A DNA stretch of 62,381 nt from a virus (Duplodnaviria; Caudoviricetes): IMG/VR virus record IMGVR_UViG_3300013125_000007, positions 1 through 62,381 of that record; one strand, 5' to 3'. Below are positions 41,201 to 50,893 of this stretch, in pieces (the stretch's first letter is position 1; each line of letters starts with the position of its first letter). The notes under the pieces are model-generated. The model was not told the origin of the DNA. It saw only the letters and a program-made list of their open reading frames with translations, and did not search any database. The position numbers and the translations under genes were made by a program.

Positions 41201-42016
41201 ACAACTGCAACTATACATCTCGAATTTGGAAATATTCAACAAAGCCTAGTTGGTATACAAGCATATATTTCTAATTTTAATATATCATATTATAATCCCC
41301 TAGTTGAGATAAGTGAAAAAGGAATATTAATAGCATCATCCCCATCACAATATATTAATATGAATATAGACTATACTAAATTTACATCTCTAACTACAGA
41401 CACGTGTTATACACATGATATTCGTGGTATTAATGGATGGAATACACACTTTTATATTAAACCTGTATCTGCATCAAGTGCAGTTGCAATCGGGTATGAT
41501 AATGGATTAGTGGTTCAATATACTGGTAGTAATGCACAAGTTAAATTAACACGTGGAAAATTAATATTTGAAACTACAGATATTAATTTATATAAAAGTG
41601 GGTCAGGAATATTAAAAGCAGATTCAAATTTCGAGTGTAAAGCACTAAAAATATCAGGTAGTAATGTTCCTACGATTATTTATTCTTCTACCGGGTCTGG
41701 TGCTATATCTTCGTTTAATCAAAATATTACTACTGCATCGGGGTTTTATAGAACTACAATTTATTATGGTGTATTGGCACTAGGGTCCGGCACAGGAACG
41801 GTTTATAGTACACTCACATATGATAATCCAAGTGGAACTCAACACACGATGACAGGTGCAACACTAACTACATCAAATGGTATTGGATTTTATTATACAT
41901 ATCAATATAATGTATACCATATTGGTACAAATAATATTAATATAGCATTAACAACTGCTGGACTAGGAGCAGGTGGTACAATTACATACGCACTTACAGT
42001 AGAAAGACTTGTGTAA
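38261..42016 (+). CDS. Large tail/tail-fibre-like protein with a CBM5/12-like module
   Basis: 1251 aa, beta-rich, G-x-I-T/G-G-F repeats; W..GQYYIGDIV..N..PYIC...H....EPG....W insert; TATTTATA at 38219. Confidence 0.7.
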   Translation: MPNTIRKKTIQHLDNIQVYKIDTDNSVFQITNIPTVFPIGKSYFLIKGSDELQNLSEIEIEIIDAAGKPVFYDIVSTIESTSNIISVWVQNDTEQGNANLIILGKSKDVPTEWFNNYNVKYKTQLYLDKNIPNVNQIKFEFNPTVTATEFIRKYVNYETTKLNDLEFSGGTISGKNISVLSNDNGFDIKTLPYEMSLSSGYELSSSFENPILYINQITGDYRLGNKIYHTTIYNYTSSILNIKNSHTFTVSNPPTSSLGEILNFTNMPNYKIKYENNTTGSSTIYTASYLELDIKNIIPFSGEVKTLRIYKNILNSDITQQHLGDYLIQNYELLSIDNSFERINIGNFKVNNTISNWVTSSKYEVMSIGQIPPIVQLDNNQIFGAVELMNVPIDNTSKFYPNLTISSDANVEYTLNFDCATLLDSRLIDNEWNISIGQYYIGDIVYNYNIPYICYNNHNSTQDGSEPGTGHSWPDYWIDMDPVTSNQLISSIDIYVSGSAVNNTDLNGKKIGSIQCSTIKNYGNLNFNVITDKQGTFKPVFIIKTGKWYIANISFKYSSDLGYNPYSTKIYIPNISNKRNDYSQFDIQFLNSKNEISQTQIQTNVIKIVNNPTYIELDDNVLSGSMFIGAEINSGIEMAGKGSGYVRSIGYNGYTTATQGSTPAGFIIYSGSKNLSTVLSSNDNYEGVGIELNAGANYGRMKFKADYTHSIFEVIADSFYVGSSTTQFISGSGGLIEISSSNFHLSSSGDVIVKGSITADSGYFGGFTISSHSIGSAHLFLSGSPTSIDGYDTTSNMFISTSNFNVKSNGDITGSNVLFSGGKVGGLLINDTSLYNNYLNITSSLQQTIPENLIPTVLFDNVNNFTIVNQGPPSGSGIVTIDGIQYLKLQVADGSNQTPEYAETGIQVEKDVLYNISSNIFISGSDYLNYMALPFPLLITIYENSVLQDTITYEFDNPNYPDNPEWYPINILIHYIAKSSTTATIHLEFGNIQQSLVGIQAYISNFNISYYNPLVEISEKGILIASSPSQYINMNIDYTKFTSLTTDTCYTHDIRGINGWNTHFYIKPVSASSAVAIGYDNGLVVQYTGSNAQVKLTRGKLIFETTDINLYKSGSGILKADSNFECKALKISGSNVPTIIYSSTGSGAISSFNQNITTASGFYRTTIYYGVLALGSGTGTVYSTLTYDNPSGTQHTMTGATLTTSNGIGFYYTYQYNVYHIGTNNINIALTTAGLGAGGTITYALTVERLV

Positions 42017-42064
42017 ATACACTAAAATCCTTAAATCATATATTTATTAATAAATGGAAAACAA

Positions 42065-44116
42065 ATGAAACGAGATATTTCAAGATTTATAGCAGATGAA
42101 GTATTGTCTATATTTTTAAAAGAACAATCTAATATAAAAGATAAAGTTGTAATATATAGTGGTAGGTTTCAACCGTATCACAGAGGACATCAATATGCTT
42201 ATGAAGATTTAGTATCTAAGTTTGGTAAAAATAACGTATATATCGCAACATCTAATAAATCGGATAATGATAAGTCTCCATTTACATTTAATGAAAAAAA
42301 AGAAATTATAACTAAGTTGTTTGGTATACCTTCTAATAAAGTTATAAATGTTAAAAATCCATATAAACCTGAAGAAATATTAAATAAATTCGATCCTAAA
42401 AAGACCGCGGTTATTGTTGCAATAGGTGAAAAAGATGTAGATCGATTAAGTGGAAAATATTATGTTAGATATGATGGTATCGCAAATAAAGGTTATTTAG
42501 ATAAAGGTTATGTTTATATAGTTCCACAATTACAGCTAAAGCTTAAAGGTAAAACAATTTCAGGTACAGAAGTTAGAAAGAATTTTTCTAAGGAAATGTT
42601 TAAACATTTATATCCTAAATTTGATTTAAACATTTACAATATGATGAAAAAGAAATTATCAGAAAGTTTAATTGTAGAAGGTTTATTTGTTAGATGTATG
42701 ATATGCGGAGAATTACATAAACAACTAACAAACCACATTCCAAAACATAATATAACTATTCAAGAATATAAAGAAAAATATCCTAATTCTAAATTGGTAT
42801 CAGAAGAAAAACGAAATAAAAACAGTATTACTTTAAAACAATTAATTTTGGATATTCAAGATAGTAAAAATCCACCAGATAATAAAATATTGTTATTATG
42901 TAGTGGCGGGTATGGACATTTAAAACATCCATTTGAAGATATGGACCTTACATTTGGTGATATGAAAGTAATGATTAAAAACGCATTGCAAGGTAAATTA
43001 GAATTAGCACAAGAAAAAACAGATGGTCAAAATTTGATGTTCTCTTGGATTGATGGTAAACTAAGAGTTGCTCGTAATGGTGGTCATTTGAAAAATTTTG
43101 GAAAAACATCATTAGATTTATCGGGTATTTCTAATATGTTTGCGGGTAGAGGTAATATTCAAACTGCATTTACTGAAGCTACTAGAGATTTAGAAGCTGC
43201 GGTATCTAAATTATCTCAAAAACAAAAAGATAAAATATTTGCAAATGGTAAAAAGTTTATGAGTGTTGAAGTAATTTATCCGGCGAACGCAAATGTAATT
43301 CCCTATGGACTAGCAATGCTAGTATTTCATGGTACTATGGAATACGATGAAGCAGGTAATGTTATTAATGCAGATAAATCTGAAGCTACAACATTGGCCG
43401 GAATGATTAAACAAATTAATGCAGATGTTCAAACTACATTTAAAATTAGACCTCCTAATAATTTAAAATTACCTAAAGTACAAAATTTTTCATCTCAGCA
43501 AACATATTTTATTTCTAAGTTGAATAAATTACAACAACAATTTAAACTTAAAGATAGTGATCCTGTAATGCTATATCATCAAAAATGGTGGGAAAATTTT
43601 ATAAATGACGAAGCTAAAAAATTAAAATATTCAATAACAAATAATGTATTAATGTTATTAATAAAACGATGGGCATATGCTGATAAATCTGCAAAGATAA
43701 ATGATATTAAGAAAAGAATAGACAATGAATCATTTGTATCTTGGGTAAATGAATTTGATAAAAATTCATATTCAAGTAAATTTAAAGATAATATTAAACC
43801 ATTTGAACAAATCTTTTTAGAATTATCAGTACAAGTATTAAAAAATATGAATGAGTTTTTAACAGTAAATCCTGACGCATCATTAAAACAAATTAAGGCA
43901 GACTTAAGTTCTACTATATCTAAGATACAGTCATCAAATGACATTAAAGATATTGAACTACTTAATAAACAAATGGATAGATTAAATTCACTTGGTGGTG
44001 AAGATATATTGGTACCATCTGAAGGAATTACATTCATGTATAATAATAAACTTTATAAATTAACCGGTGCGTTTGCACCTCTAAATCAAATAATGGGAAT
44101 AGGAAAATTTAGATAA
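42065..44116 (+). CDS. Fusion of HIGH-class nucleotidyltransferase, C2H2-like Zn finger and ATP-grasp ligase-like domain
   Basis: YSGRFQPYHRGH and ISGTEVR; CMIC..H..KH; GHLKHPF, QEKTDGQN, SEGITF, YKLTG. Confidence 0.8.
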   Translation: MKRDISRFIADEVLSIFLKEQSNIKDKVVIYSGRFQPYHRGHQYAYEDLVSKFGKNNVYIATSNKSDNDKSPFTFNEKKEIITKLFGIPSNKVINVKNPYKPEEILNKFDPKKTAVIVAIGEKDVDRLSGKYYVRYDGIANKGYLDKGYVYIVPQLQLKLKGKTISGTEVRKNFSKEMFKHLYPKFDLNIYNMMKKKLSESLIVEGLFVRCMICGELHKQLTNHIPKHNITIQEYKEKYPNSKLVSEEKRNKNSITLKQLILDIQDSKNPPDNKILLLCSGGYGHLKHPFEDMDLTFGDMKVMIKNALQGKLELAQEKTDGQNLMFSWIDGKLRVARNGGHLKNFGKTSLDLSGISNMFAGRGNIQTAFTEATRDLEAAVSKLSQKQKDKIFANGKKFMSVEVIYPANANVIPYGLAMLVFHGTMEYDEAGNVINADKSEATTLAGMIKQINADVQTTFKIRPPNNLKLPKVQNFSSQQTYFISKLNKLQQQFKLKDSDPVMLYHQKWWENFINDEAKKLKYSITNNVLMLLIKRWAYADKSAKINDIKKRIDNESFVSWVNEFDKNSYSSKFKDNIKPFEQIFLELSVQVLKNMNEFLTVNPDASLKQIKADLSSTISKIQSSNDIKDIELLNKQMDRLNSLGGEDILVPSEGITFMYNNKLYKLTGAFAPLNQIMGIGKFR

Positions 44117-44184
44117 TGACTAAATAATAAAAATGGATCACGCACAGATACATTAAGATAAGAAGAATACTTACTAAGACTAAA

Positions 44185-44913
44185 ATGTCTTATAATAAAA
44201 ATTCTAAAAATTATGTAAAAAATATCAAAGACAAGGATAAGAGGTTTTATATGAGTGTAGAAAATTTAATTAATGAACGTAGTACTGAAGAGTTAAAAGC
44301 AATTGCTAAAAAGAATTTAGAAAAATCATCTGCTCGTCCAATGGGTACTATTAATATGGACGCAGTGCGTAGTGTACTAAATGGTGAATCACCTAGGTTA
44401 AGTGTATCAATGTATACATCTGAAATGCAACCTAATACAGTTGAAGAAAATGAAGAAAAAGAAAAACGACATAAATTATTTCAAAATTTGCGAAAAGAAA
44501 TAAATCCAACATTCTGTCCTAATTGTAATAAATTTATGGGTAGAAATAGATTAGATGATAAATTTTTTTCATTGCGTAAAATGTGTTTTGAGTGTGCTAT
44601 TAAACAAGAAACAGAACTTAGAACTCAGGGGAAATGGGAATTATTTGAAACAACACGATTAATAGAAAATAAATTATCATTTTTAGCCGAAGTAAAAGAA
44701 GAGGCAATAGATTACTTAACGGTCGGATTAAAGAAATGTCATGAGGTTGTAAATGAAGATGGTTCTATTCAAAAATTTACAAACGATGATTATGATGGAA
44801 TGAAAGAAATTATTGAAAGTCAAGTTGTAGAAATTGAAGGTTATATAACAGATTTAAATGAATATTTAATTGAATTAAATCTTAGGTTGACGGAGAATAG
44901 TAATGTCAACTAA
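44185..44913 (+). CDS. Zn-finger hypothetical protein upstream of terminase
   Basis: CPNC...CFEC; overlaps the terminase start. Confidence 0.75.
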   Translation: MSYNKNSKNYVKNIKDKDKRFYMSVENLINERSTEELKAIAKKNLEKSSARPMGTINMDAVRSVLNGESPRLSVSMYTSEMQPNTVEENEEKEKRHKLFQNLRKEINPTFCPNCNKFMGRNRLDDKFFSLRKMCFECAIKQETELRTQGKWELFETTRLIENKLSFLAEVKEEAIDYLTVGLKKCHEVVNEDGSIQKFTNDDYDGMKEIIESQVVEIEGYITDLNEYLIELNLRLTENSNVN

Positions 44914-46489
44914 TATAAATTATAGGGAACTAATTAAACAAGAATATACAAAATGTGTAGAGAGTCCTATCTATTTTATTAAAAATTATTGTTTTATTCA
45001 ACATGCACAACGCGGCAAAATAAAATTTAATTTATATGAATTTCAAGAAAACGTCTTATCTGCATTTATTCATAATCCTAGAAATATAATTCTTAAAAAT
45101 AGACAAATGGGTTTATCTACATTGGCAGCTGCGTATTCATTTTGGCTAATGACGTTTTTTCCCGATAAGAATATTTTAGTTATTGCTACTAAACAAGGTG
45201 TAGCTAAAAATATTATTACCAAGGTTAGAACAATGCATGAACTCTTGCCAAGTTGGTTAAAAAGAAAATGTATAGAAGATAATAAACTTGGATTAACATA
45301 TGATAATGGTTCTAAAATATTTGCAAGTACTAGCACTAGTGATTCAGGTAGATCAGAAGCAGTATCTTTACTTATTGTAGATGAGGCTGCATTCATTTAT
45401 GGTATGGATGAATTGTGGACATCATTACAACCTACACTATCTACTGGTGGTGATATTATTATTTTATCTACTCCAAATGGTGTAGGTAATTGGTATCATC
45501 AAACATTTACAATGGCAGAAGAAAATAAAAATAATTTTTACCCTATTACTCTTCATTGGAAATTACATCCTGAGCGTGATCAAGCGTGGAGAGATACTCA
45601 AGATATTGAATTAGGTTATAAAAAAGCTAAACAAGAATGTGATGCGTCATTCTTGGCATCAGGTGAAACTGTAATTCCTGGAGAATTATTAGAATTTTAT
45701 AGAACGACACACTGTAAAGATCCGATACAAAAAACCGGGTTTGATACTAATGTATGGTTATGGGAATTTCCAGATTATACTAAAAAGTATATGATAGTAG
45801 CTGATGTGGCACGTGGAGATGGAAAAGATAATTCTACATTTCATGTTATAGAATTGGAAAGTATGGTTCAGGTTGCAGAATATCAAGGTAAAATAGGTAC
45901 TACAGAATTTGCAAATTTATTAGTAGAATATGCAACTAAATATAATGACGCACTTTTAGTAATAGAAAATGCGAGTATAGGTTGGTCTGTAATCCAAGTT
46001 GTCATAGACAGAAATTATAAAAATTTATTTTACAGTGACTCCAGTACTACATATATAGATAAAAAGGTTGAAACAAAATATATTCGTACTAATAGTAACA
46101 ATACAAAATCGACCCCAGGTTTTACTACATCTCTTAAAACTAGACCTTTAATTATTTCTAAAATGGAACAATATTTTACAGAAAGAACTATCACTATTAA
46201 ATCAATTAGAACAATAAATGAATTGACAACATTTGTATGGAGAAATGGACGTCCTGAAGCATCACCTAATTATAATGATGACTTGGTTATTGCATTGGCC
46301 ATAGGGTTATGGGTAAGGGATACAGCATTAAGACTATTTGAAAAATCTAAAGATTTAACAAAAATTTCACTTGATACATTTAAAGTAGAACGAAGTGGAA
46401 TAAATGCTATAAATCAATATACGTATTTACAAAATTCTAGATATATGAAAATTGGAATGGGCAATTATGATTTGAGAGAATTAATTTGA
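44903..46489 (+). CDS. terL: Terminase large subunit (gp17-like)
   Basis: LYEFQ, LKNRQMGLST, LIVDEAAF, STPNG, ADVARGDGKD, NDDLVIA. Confidence 0.96.
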   Translation: MSTNINYRELIKQEYTKCVESPIYFIKNYCFIQHAQRGKIKFNLYEFQENVLSAFIHNPRNIILKNRQMGLSTLAAAYSFWLMTFFPDKNILVIATKQGVAKNIITKVRTMHELLPSWLKRKCIEDNKLGLTYDNGSKIFASTSTSDSGRSEAVSLLIVDEAAFIYGMDELWTSLQPTLSTGGDIIILSTPNGVGNWYHQTFTMAEENKNNFYPITLHWKLHPERDQAWRDTQDIELGYKKAKQECDASFLASGETVIPGELLEFYRTTHCKDPIQKTGFDTNVWLWEFPDYTKKYMIVADVARGDGKDNSTFHVIELESMVQVAEYQGKIGTTEFANLLVEYATKYNDALLVIENASIGWSVIQVVIDRNYKNLFYSDSSTTYIDKKVETKYIRTNSNNTKSTPGFTTSLKTRPLIISKMEQYFTERTITIKSIRTINELTTFVWRNGRPEASPNYNDDLVIALAIGLWVRDTALRLFEKSKDLTKISLDTFKVERSGINAINQYTYLQNSRYMKIGMGNYDLRELI

Positions 46490-46983
46490 TAAGTATAATA
46501 AAAGAATTATCATTAATAGATAAAGCAAAAGACTTAGCTCAACAGGTGCACTTGGGTCAAACACGTAAAGTATCAAAACAACCTTATATTATACATCCAT
46601 TTAGAGTATTTCAACAATCATTATTAAAAAATTACAATAAAGATATACAATTGGTCTCATTGTTACATGACACATACGAAGATTCAAAAAATAAAAAATA
46701 TGTAGAAGATACAATTAAATCCAGATTCGGTAATATAATCTGGTCATATGTTAAATTATTATCACATGACCCTAGTATAAATTACAATGAATATGTATTA
46801 TATCTTGCTAAAAAAAGTAAAGTTGCATTAACTGTAAAATTATTAGATATGGTCGAGAATCTAAAAGATAATCCTAGTTCTAAGCAAAAAACTAAATATT
46901 TAGAAGCTGTTCTATATTTATTAAATAATGGTATTAATATTGACTCTAGTATAGTATCTAATATAAAATTATTAACAACATAG
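46486..46983 (+). CDS. Small alarmone hydrolase-like HD protein (RelA/SpoT HD, Mesh1-like)
   Basis: HLGQTRK..KQPYIIHP, LLHDTYED, VKLLDMVENL. Confidence 0.85.
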   Translation: MISIIKELSLIDKAKDLAQQVHLGQTRKVSKQPYIIHPFRVFQQSLLKNYNKDIQLVSLLHDTYEDSKNKKYVEDTIKSRFGNIIWSYVKLLSHDPSINYNEYVLYLAKKSKVALTVKLLDMVENLKDNPSSKQKTKYLEAVLYLLNNGINIDSSIVSNIKLLTT

Positions 46984-46993
46984 TGAGAATTAA

Positions 46994-48829
46994 ATGGCTA
47001 CCCAAACACTAATAGAAAACGTATTTAAAGGACTAAAAAGAATATTTGCGTCCGACGTAACAGTACGTAGAATTGGTAAAAATAAATTTAAAGTAATAGA
47101 TACTTATAATACTCAAGCAATGGGTATGCTAGCAACCAATTATTTAAATCACAAATACAGTGCATTTTTTAGTACAATGAAAGGTGGATACGGTGGTTAT
47201 ACACAGAATCATTCAGGTAATAGTCCTATACAACGTTCATTACTCTTTAGAGAATATGAACTTATGGATCAAGATCCTATACTCGCATCTGCTTTAGATT
47301 TATACGCCGAAGAAGCAACAGTAAAAAATGAAAATGGAATGATTGTTGCTATTAAAAGTGAAGACCAAGAAATTAAATCTATTTTAGAAAATTTATTTTA
47401 TGATATATTAAACATAGATTTTAATCTATTACATTGGACTAGAAACTTAGTAAAATATGGTGACATGTTTTTAAAATTAGATTTAGCTGAAAAAATTGGT
47501 ATAGTTCGAGTAGTTCCTATATCTCCATATTATATTGAAAGACAAGAAGGTCTTAGTGAATATAATCCATACGGGGTAAACTATAAAATTGAAGGTCCTA
47601 TATTAAAAGGTGTATACGAAGATTATGAAATAAGTCATTTTAGATTATTAAGTGATTCAAACTTTTTACCTTATGGTAAATCTATGATTGAGCCTGCAAG
47701 GCGAATTTGGAAGCAATTGACTTTGATGGAAGATGCTATGTTAATTCATAGAATCATTAGAGCACCTCAGAAAAGAATGTTTAAAATAGATATAGGTAAT
47801 TTATCACAAGATGATGCAAAATTTTATATACAAAAGATATCTGACCAAATAAAGAAGGTTCCTTATATTGATGAAACTACAGGTGATTATAATCTCCAAT
47901 ATAATATGCAAAATCTAACTGAAGACTTCTTTATACCTACACGTGGTGGAGCTGACACTACTCAAATTGATACCCTTCCAGGATTAGAATATAATGCTAT
48001 AGAAGATGTTGAATATCTAAAAAATAAAATGATGTCTGCACTACGTATTCCTAAGGCGTTTCTAGGATTTGATGCAGCTATAAATTCTAAGTCAACATTA
48101 TCTCAAGAAGATATTAGATTTGCTAGAACAATAGAACGTATTCAAAAAATTATTGCGGCAGAACTTAAAAACTTGGCAATAGTTCATTTGTTTTTACAAG
48201 GGTTTAATAACGAAGATTTAGCTAATTTTGAATTAACATTAACTAGTCCGTCGGTTATATATGAACAAGAAAAACTGGAAATTTGGAAAAGTAGATTAGA
48301 AGTTTCTACTCAGATGTTAGAACAAAAAATGTTTGGTAGTAAACTTATATATAGCAAAATATTTGGATTAAGTGAAACTGAAAGAAATGAATGCCAAGAA
48401 GATTTAGTCGAAGATACTAAATTTCAATATAGATTACAACAAATTTTAGAACAGGGCAATGACCCTAAGAAGACAATTACACACGCTGGCAATAACGAAG
48501 TTGATGATCCGGCGCGTACATTAGTAGCTGATAAAGAACTTAATGGAGATAAAGACACTAAAGGCAATCAAATGGGTAGACCTAAAGAAATCAAAACACG
48601 TTATGGAACAGATGAACATCCACTTGGTAGAGACCCATTAGGTCAAACTGCAATGCATAAAGCTACTGATGTTTATACATCTGAAAATAAGACTAAAGCT
48701 GGTCCAATGAGTTCAGATGCAAAGCGTAAAATAAATTCAATATCAAATTACATATTAAATAAGTCTAGTATATTGAAAGAAAACAATGAAATTTTAGGCG
48801 GAAGTATAGAACAGGCATTAAATGACTAA
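46994..48829 (+). CDS. gp20: Portal protein (gp20-like)
   Basis: EYELMDQDP, LMEDAMLIHRIIRAPQKRMFKIDIGN, EDFFIPTRG, IDTLPG. Confidence 0.96.
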   Translation: MATQTLIENVFKGLKRIFASDVTVRRIGKNKFKVIDTYNTQAMGMLATNYLNHKYSAFFSTMKGGYGGYTQNHSGNSPIQRSLLFREYELMDQDPILASALDLYAEEATVKNENGMIVAIKSEDQEIKSILENLFYDILNIDFNLLHWTRNLVKYGDMFLKLDLAEKIGIVRVVPISPYYIERQEGLSEYNPYGVNYKIEGPILKGVYEDYEISHFRLLSDSNFLPYGKSMIEPARRIWKQLTLMEDAMLIHRIIRAPQKRMFKIDIGNLSQDDAKFYIQKISDQIKKVPYIDETTGDYNLQYNMQNLTEDFFIPTRGGADTTQIDTLPGLEYNAIEDVEYLKNKMMSALRIPKAFLGFDAAINSKSTLSQEDIRFARTIERIQKIIAAELKNLAIVHLFLQGFNNEDLANFELTLTSPSVIYEQEKLEIWKSRLEVSTQMLEQKMFGSKLIYSKIFGLSETERNECQEDLVEDTKFQYRLQQILEQGNDPKKTITHAGNNEVDDPARTLVADKELNGDKDTKGNQMGRPKEIKTRYGTDEHPLGRDPLGQTAMHKATDVYTSENKTKAGPMSSDAKRKINSISNYILNKSSILKENNEILGGSIEQALND

Positions 48830-48888
48830 TATTCAATAGAATTTTCAAAAGTTCTATATTATATATTATACAAAATTGAGGATTACAA

Positions 48889-49800
48889 ATGTTAAGTAAG
48901 AACATAAAGCACAACAAAATTAAAAATGTAGGTTTATTGTTCGAATTGTTAGCTAGACAACTTACTGCCGATGTATTAGAGGATAAAAAATCTTCAGTTA
49001 GTGCTACAATTATTAAAGAATTTTTTTTTAAAGATTCAGAACTTAGAAAAGAGTTAGATTTATATCAAAAACTAATAAAAAGTAATTTTGTTTCAGAAAT
49101 TAAAGCAGCTAATTATGTTGATATAATAGTTGAAGCTCGCCACACTATTAATCATACTAAACTTAGAAAAGAAAAATATAATATAATTAGAAAAATATCT
49201 GAAAATTTTAATATTGATTCATTTTTCAAATCTAGAATTGATAATTATGCGACATACGCTTCTATCTATAAATTATTTGAATATAGCACACTCACAGAAT
49301 CACAATACAAAAATATACATGACCTAATTGATTGTAAGTTTAAAATCGTTGAGCATCTTACTCGTAAAAATGTTAAAAAAGAAAAAGTTAAATCTAATAT
49401 ATCTAATATATCGGATATATTGGCTAAAGAAAATATGTCTATTAGATTATTAACTCAAAAGATTATCATAGATGATTTTAATAAGAATTTTAGTAATAAA
49501 TTAAATGAATCTCAAAAAATGTTAATAAGGAATTATATAAATGGAATTACTAATACAAATTCGTTTATGGATTCTGTATATAAATGTATTCCGATTATAG
49601 TTACTGAAATGACAAATTTAAGTAAATTAATTCAAGATATTCCTATAAGAATAAAATTAGTTGAATTAACTAAGGGTATAGATAGACTTAAAAATGCAAA
49701 ATCTATTAATGATGACCAGTTTATTGCATTATTAAAAGTTTATTCTTTAATAGAAGAAATACAATCAAATTTAAAAAAACACAATTGCGGATGTAAATAA
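48889..49800 (+). CDS. Head-module hypothetical protein
   Basis: IKHNKIKNVGLLFELLARQLTAD; follows portal. Confidence 0.85.
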   Translation: MLSKNIKHNKIKNVGLLFELLARQLTADVLEDKKSSVSATIIKEFFFKDSELRKELDLYQKLIKSNFVSEIKAANYVDIIVEARHTINHTKLRKEKYNIIRKISENFNIDSFFKSRIDNYATYASIYKLFEYSTLTESQYKNIHDLIDCKFKIVEHLTRKNVKKEKVKSNISNISDILAKENMSIRLLTQKIIIDDFNKNFSNKLNESQKMLIRNYINGITNTNSFMDSVYKCIPIIVTEMTNLSKLIQDIPIRIKLVELTKGIDRLKNAKSINDDQFIALLKVYSLIEEIQSNLKKHNCGCK

Positions 49801-49801
49801 A

Positions 49802-50353
49802 ATGAAAACAATTAAATTAAAAGACGTATTAACCGAAAAATCAATTAGTAAATCGAGTCCTGAATATGACACATATTTTAAAGCTGCATTAAAAAAGTTT
49901 AATATTAAATCACCTTCTGAATTAGATGATTATAAAAAAACTGAATTTTTTAATTATGTAGACAGAGGTTGGGATGCAGAAAAAAATGAAACTGATTTAG
50001 ATGAAACATCATCGGTAGGTGGACTATCGGGTGGTGATAGTTATCAAACTCCGTTTGCATTTTCTAAACGTGAGTTAAATCCTCGTAAAAAAAAATCAAT
50101 TGAAAAAAACGGTGTAGTAATAGTTAAAGAAGAAGTTACTCCTGAAATTTCACCTAAAAAACATATCGCGAATTGTGTTAAAGAAATTAGATATAAATTG
50201 AGTGAGGTAGAAAAAATGATAGATCAATCTAAAGTATTTAAAGAAACAGTAGGACTTAAATCGTCTGATTTTTATAAAAGAACTAATAATAATCTTAAAC
50301 GAATTGGTGAACAAATTTATAGAATCATCAATAAAATGCAGACAATTAAATAA
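49802..50353 (+). CDS. Putative prohead core/internal protein
   Basis: Leader MKTIKLKDVLTE; Y..YFKAALKKF.IKSP.EL..KK.EFFNYVD motif; several L/V-x-E sites. Confidence 0.7.
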   Translation: MKTIKLKDVLTEKSISKSSPEYDTYFKAALKKFNIKSPSELDDYKKTEFFNYVDRGWDAEKNETDLDETSSVGGLSGGDSYQTPFAFSKRELNPRKKKSIEKNGVVIVKEEVTPEISPKKHIANCVKEIRYKLSEVEKMIDQSKVFKETVGLKSSDFYKRTNNNLKRIGEQIYRIINKMQTIK

Positions 50354-50885
50354 TGAAAGATATAAATAATAAATTTTTAAGTGAACTTAGAAAAAATTTA
50401 CAAATTAGTATTTTAAATGAAAGTACTAGTAGTTATGTTATAGGTTTGTTAAATAAATTGTCGATTAAGAGTGAAGATTTATTGTTGTATTTGATAAAGG
50501 TGGTAAAAATGATTAATATACCTTTTCGAATGTTAGTGATATATTAGAAAACTAAAAGGTTAATTTGAATTATTTAGATGAAATAAAAGATGAAATAGTA
50601 GAAGAAAAAATAGAAGGTTTAGATAAAATTAGATCATTTGAAGACATTCAAACTGAATTATTGTCTAATAGAATTATAAATACTTTAAAAAATAAAGGTC
50701 TTCTATTAGAAGGTTCAAGATTTGATTTAATAGATAATAGATGTAAAATGTTATTAATATGTTTAGATGACATTTTACCTGGTAAAATAATCGATACAAA
50801 TGGTAAAGTGTTAAGCTTATCATCTAAATGGATGTATAAACGCATAGATGCTAATAAAGTATTAGTTGAATATGTTTTTAAGTAA
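50353..50885 (+). pseudogene. Probable disrupted gene (appears as ORFs 50353..50547 and 50565..50885)
   Basis: A frame change near 50478 joins ...SED to FIVVFDKGGKND*YTFSNVSDILEN*KVNLNYLDE, in frame with the second ORF; TAA at 50514 and 50553. Confidence 0.5.
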
Positions 50886-50893
50886 GGAAACAA

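Noticed and set aside
21477-42016. Diversity-generating retroelement acting on tail genes
   Set aside because: No reverse transcriptase and no adenine-specific template/variable repeat pair were seen by eye; a computational repeat search was not possible.
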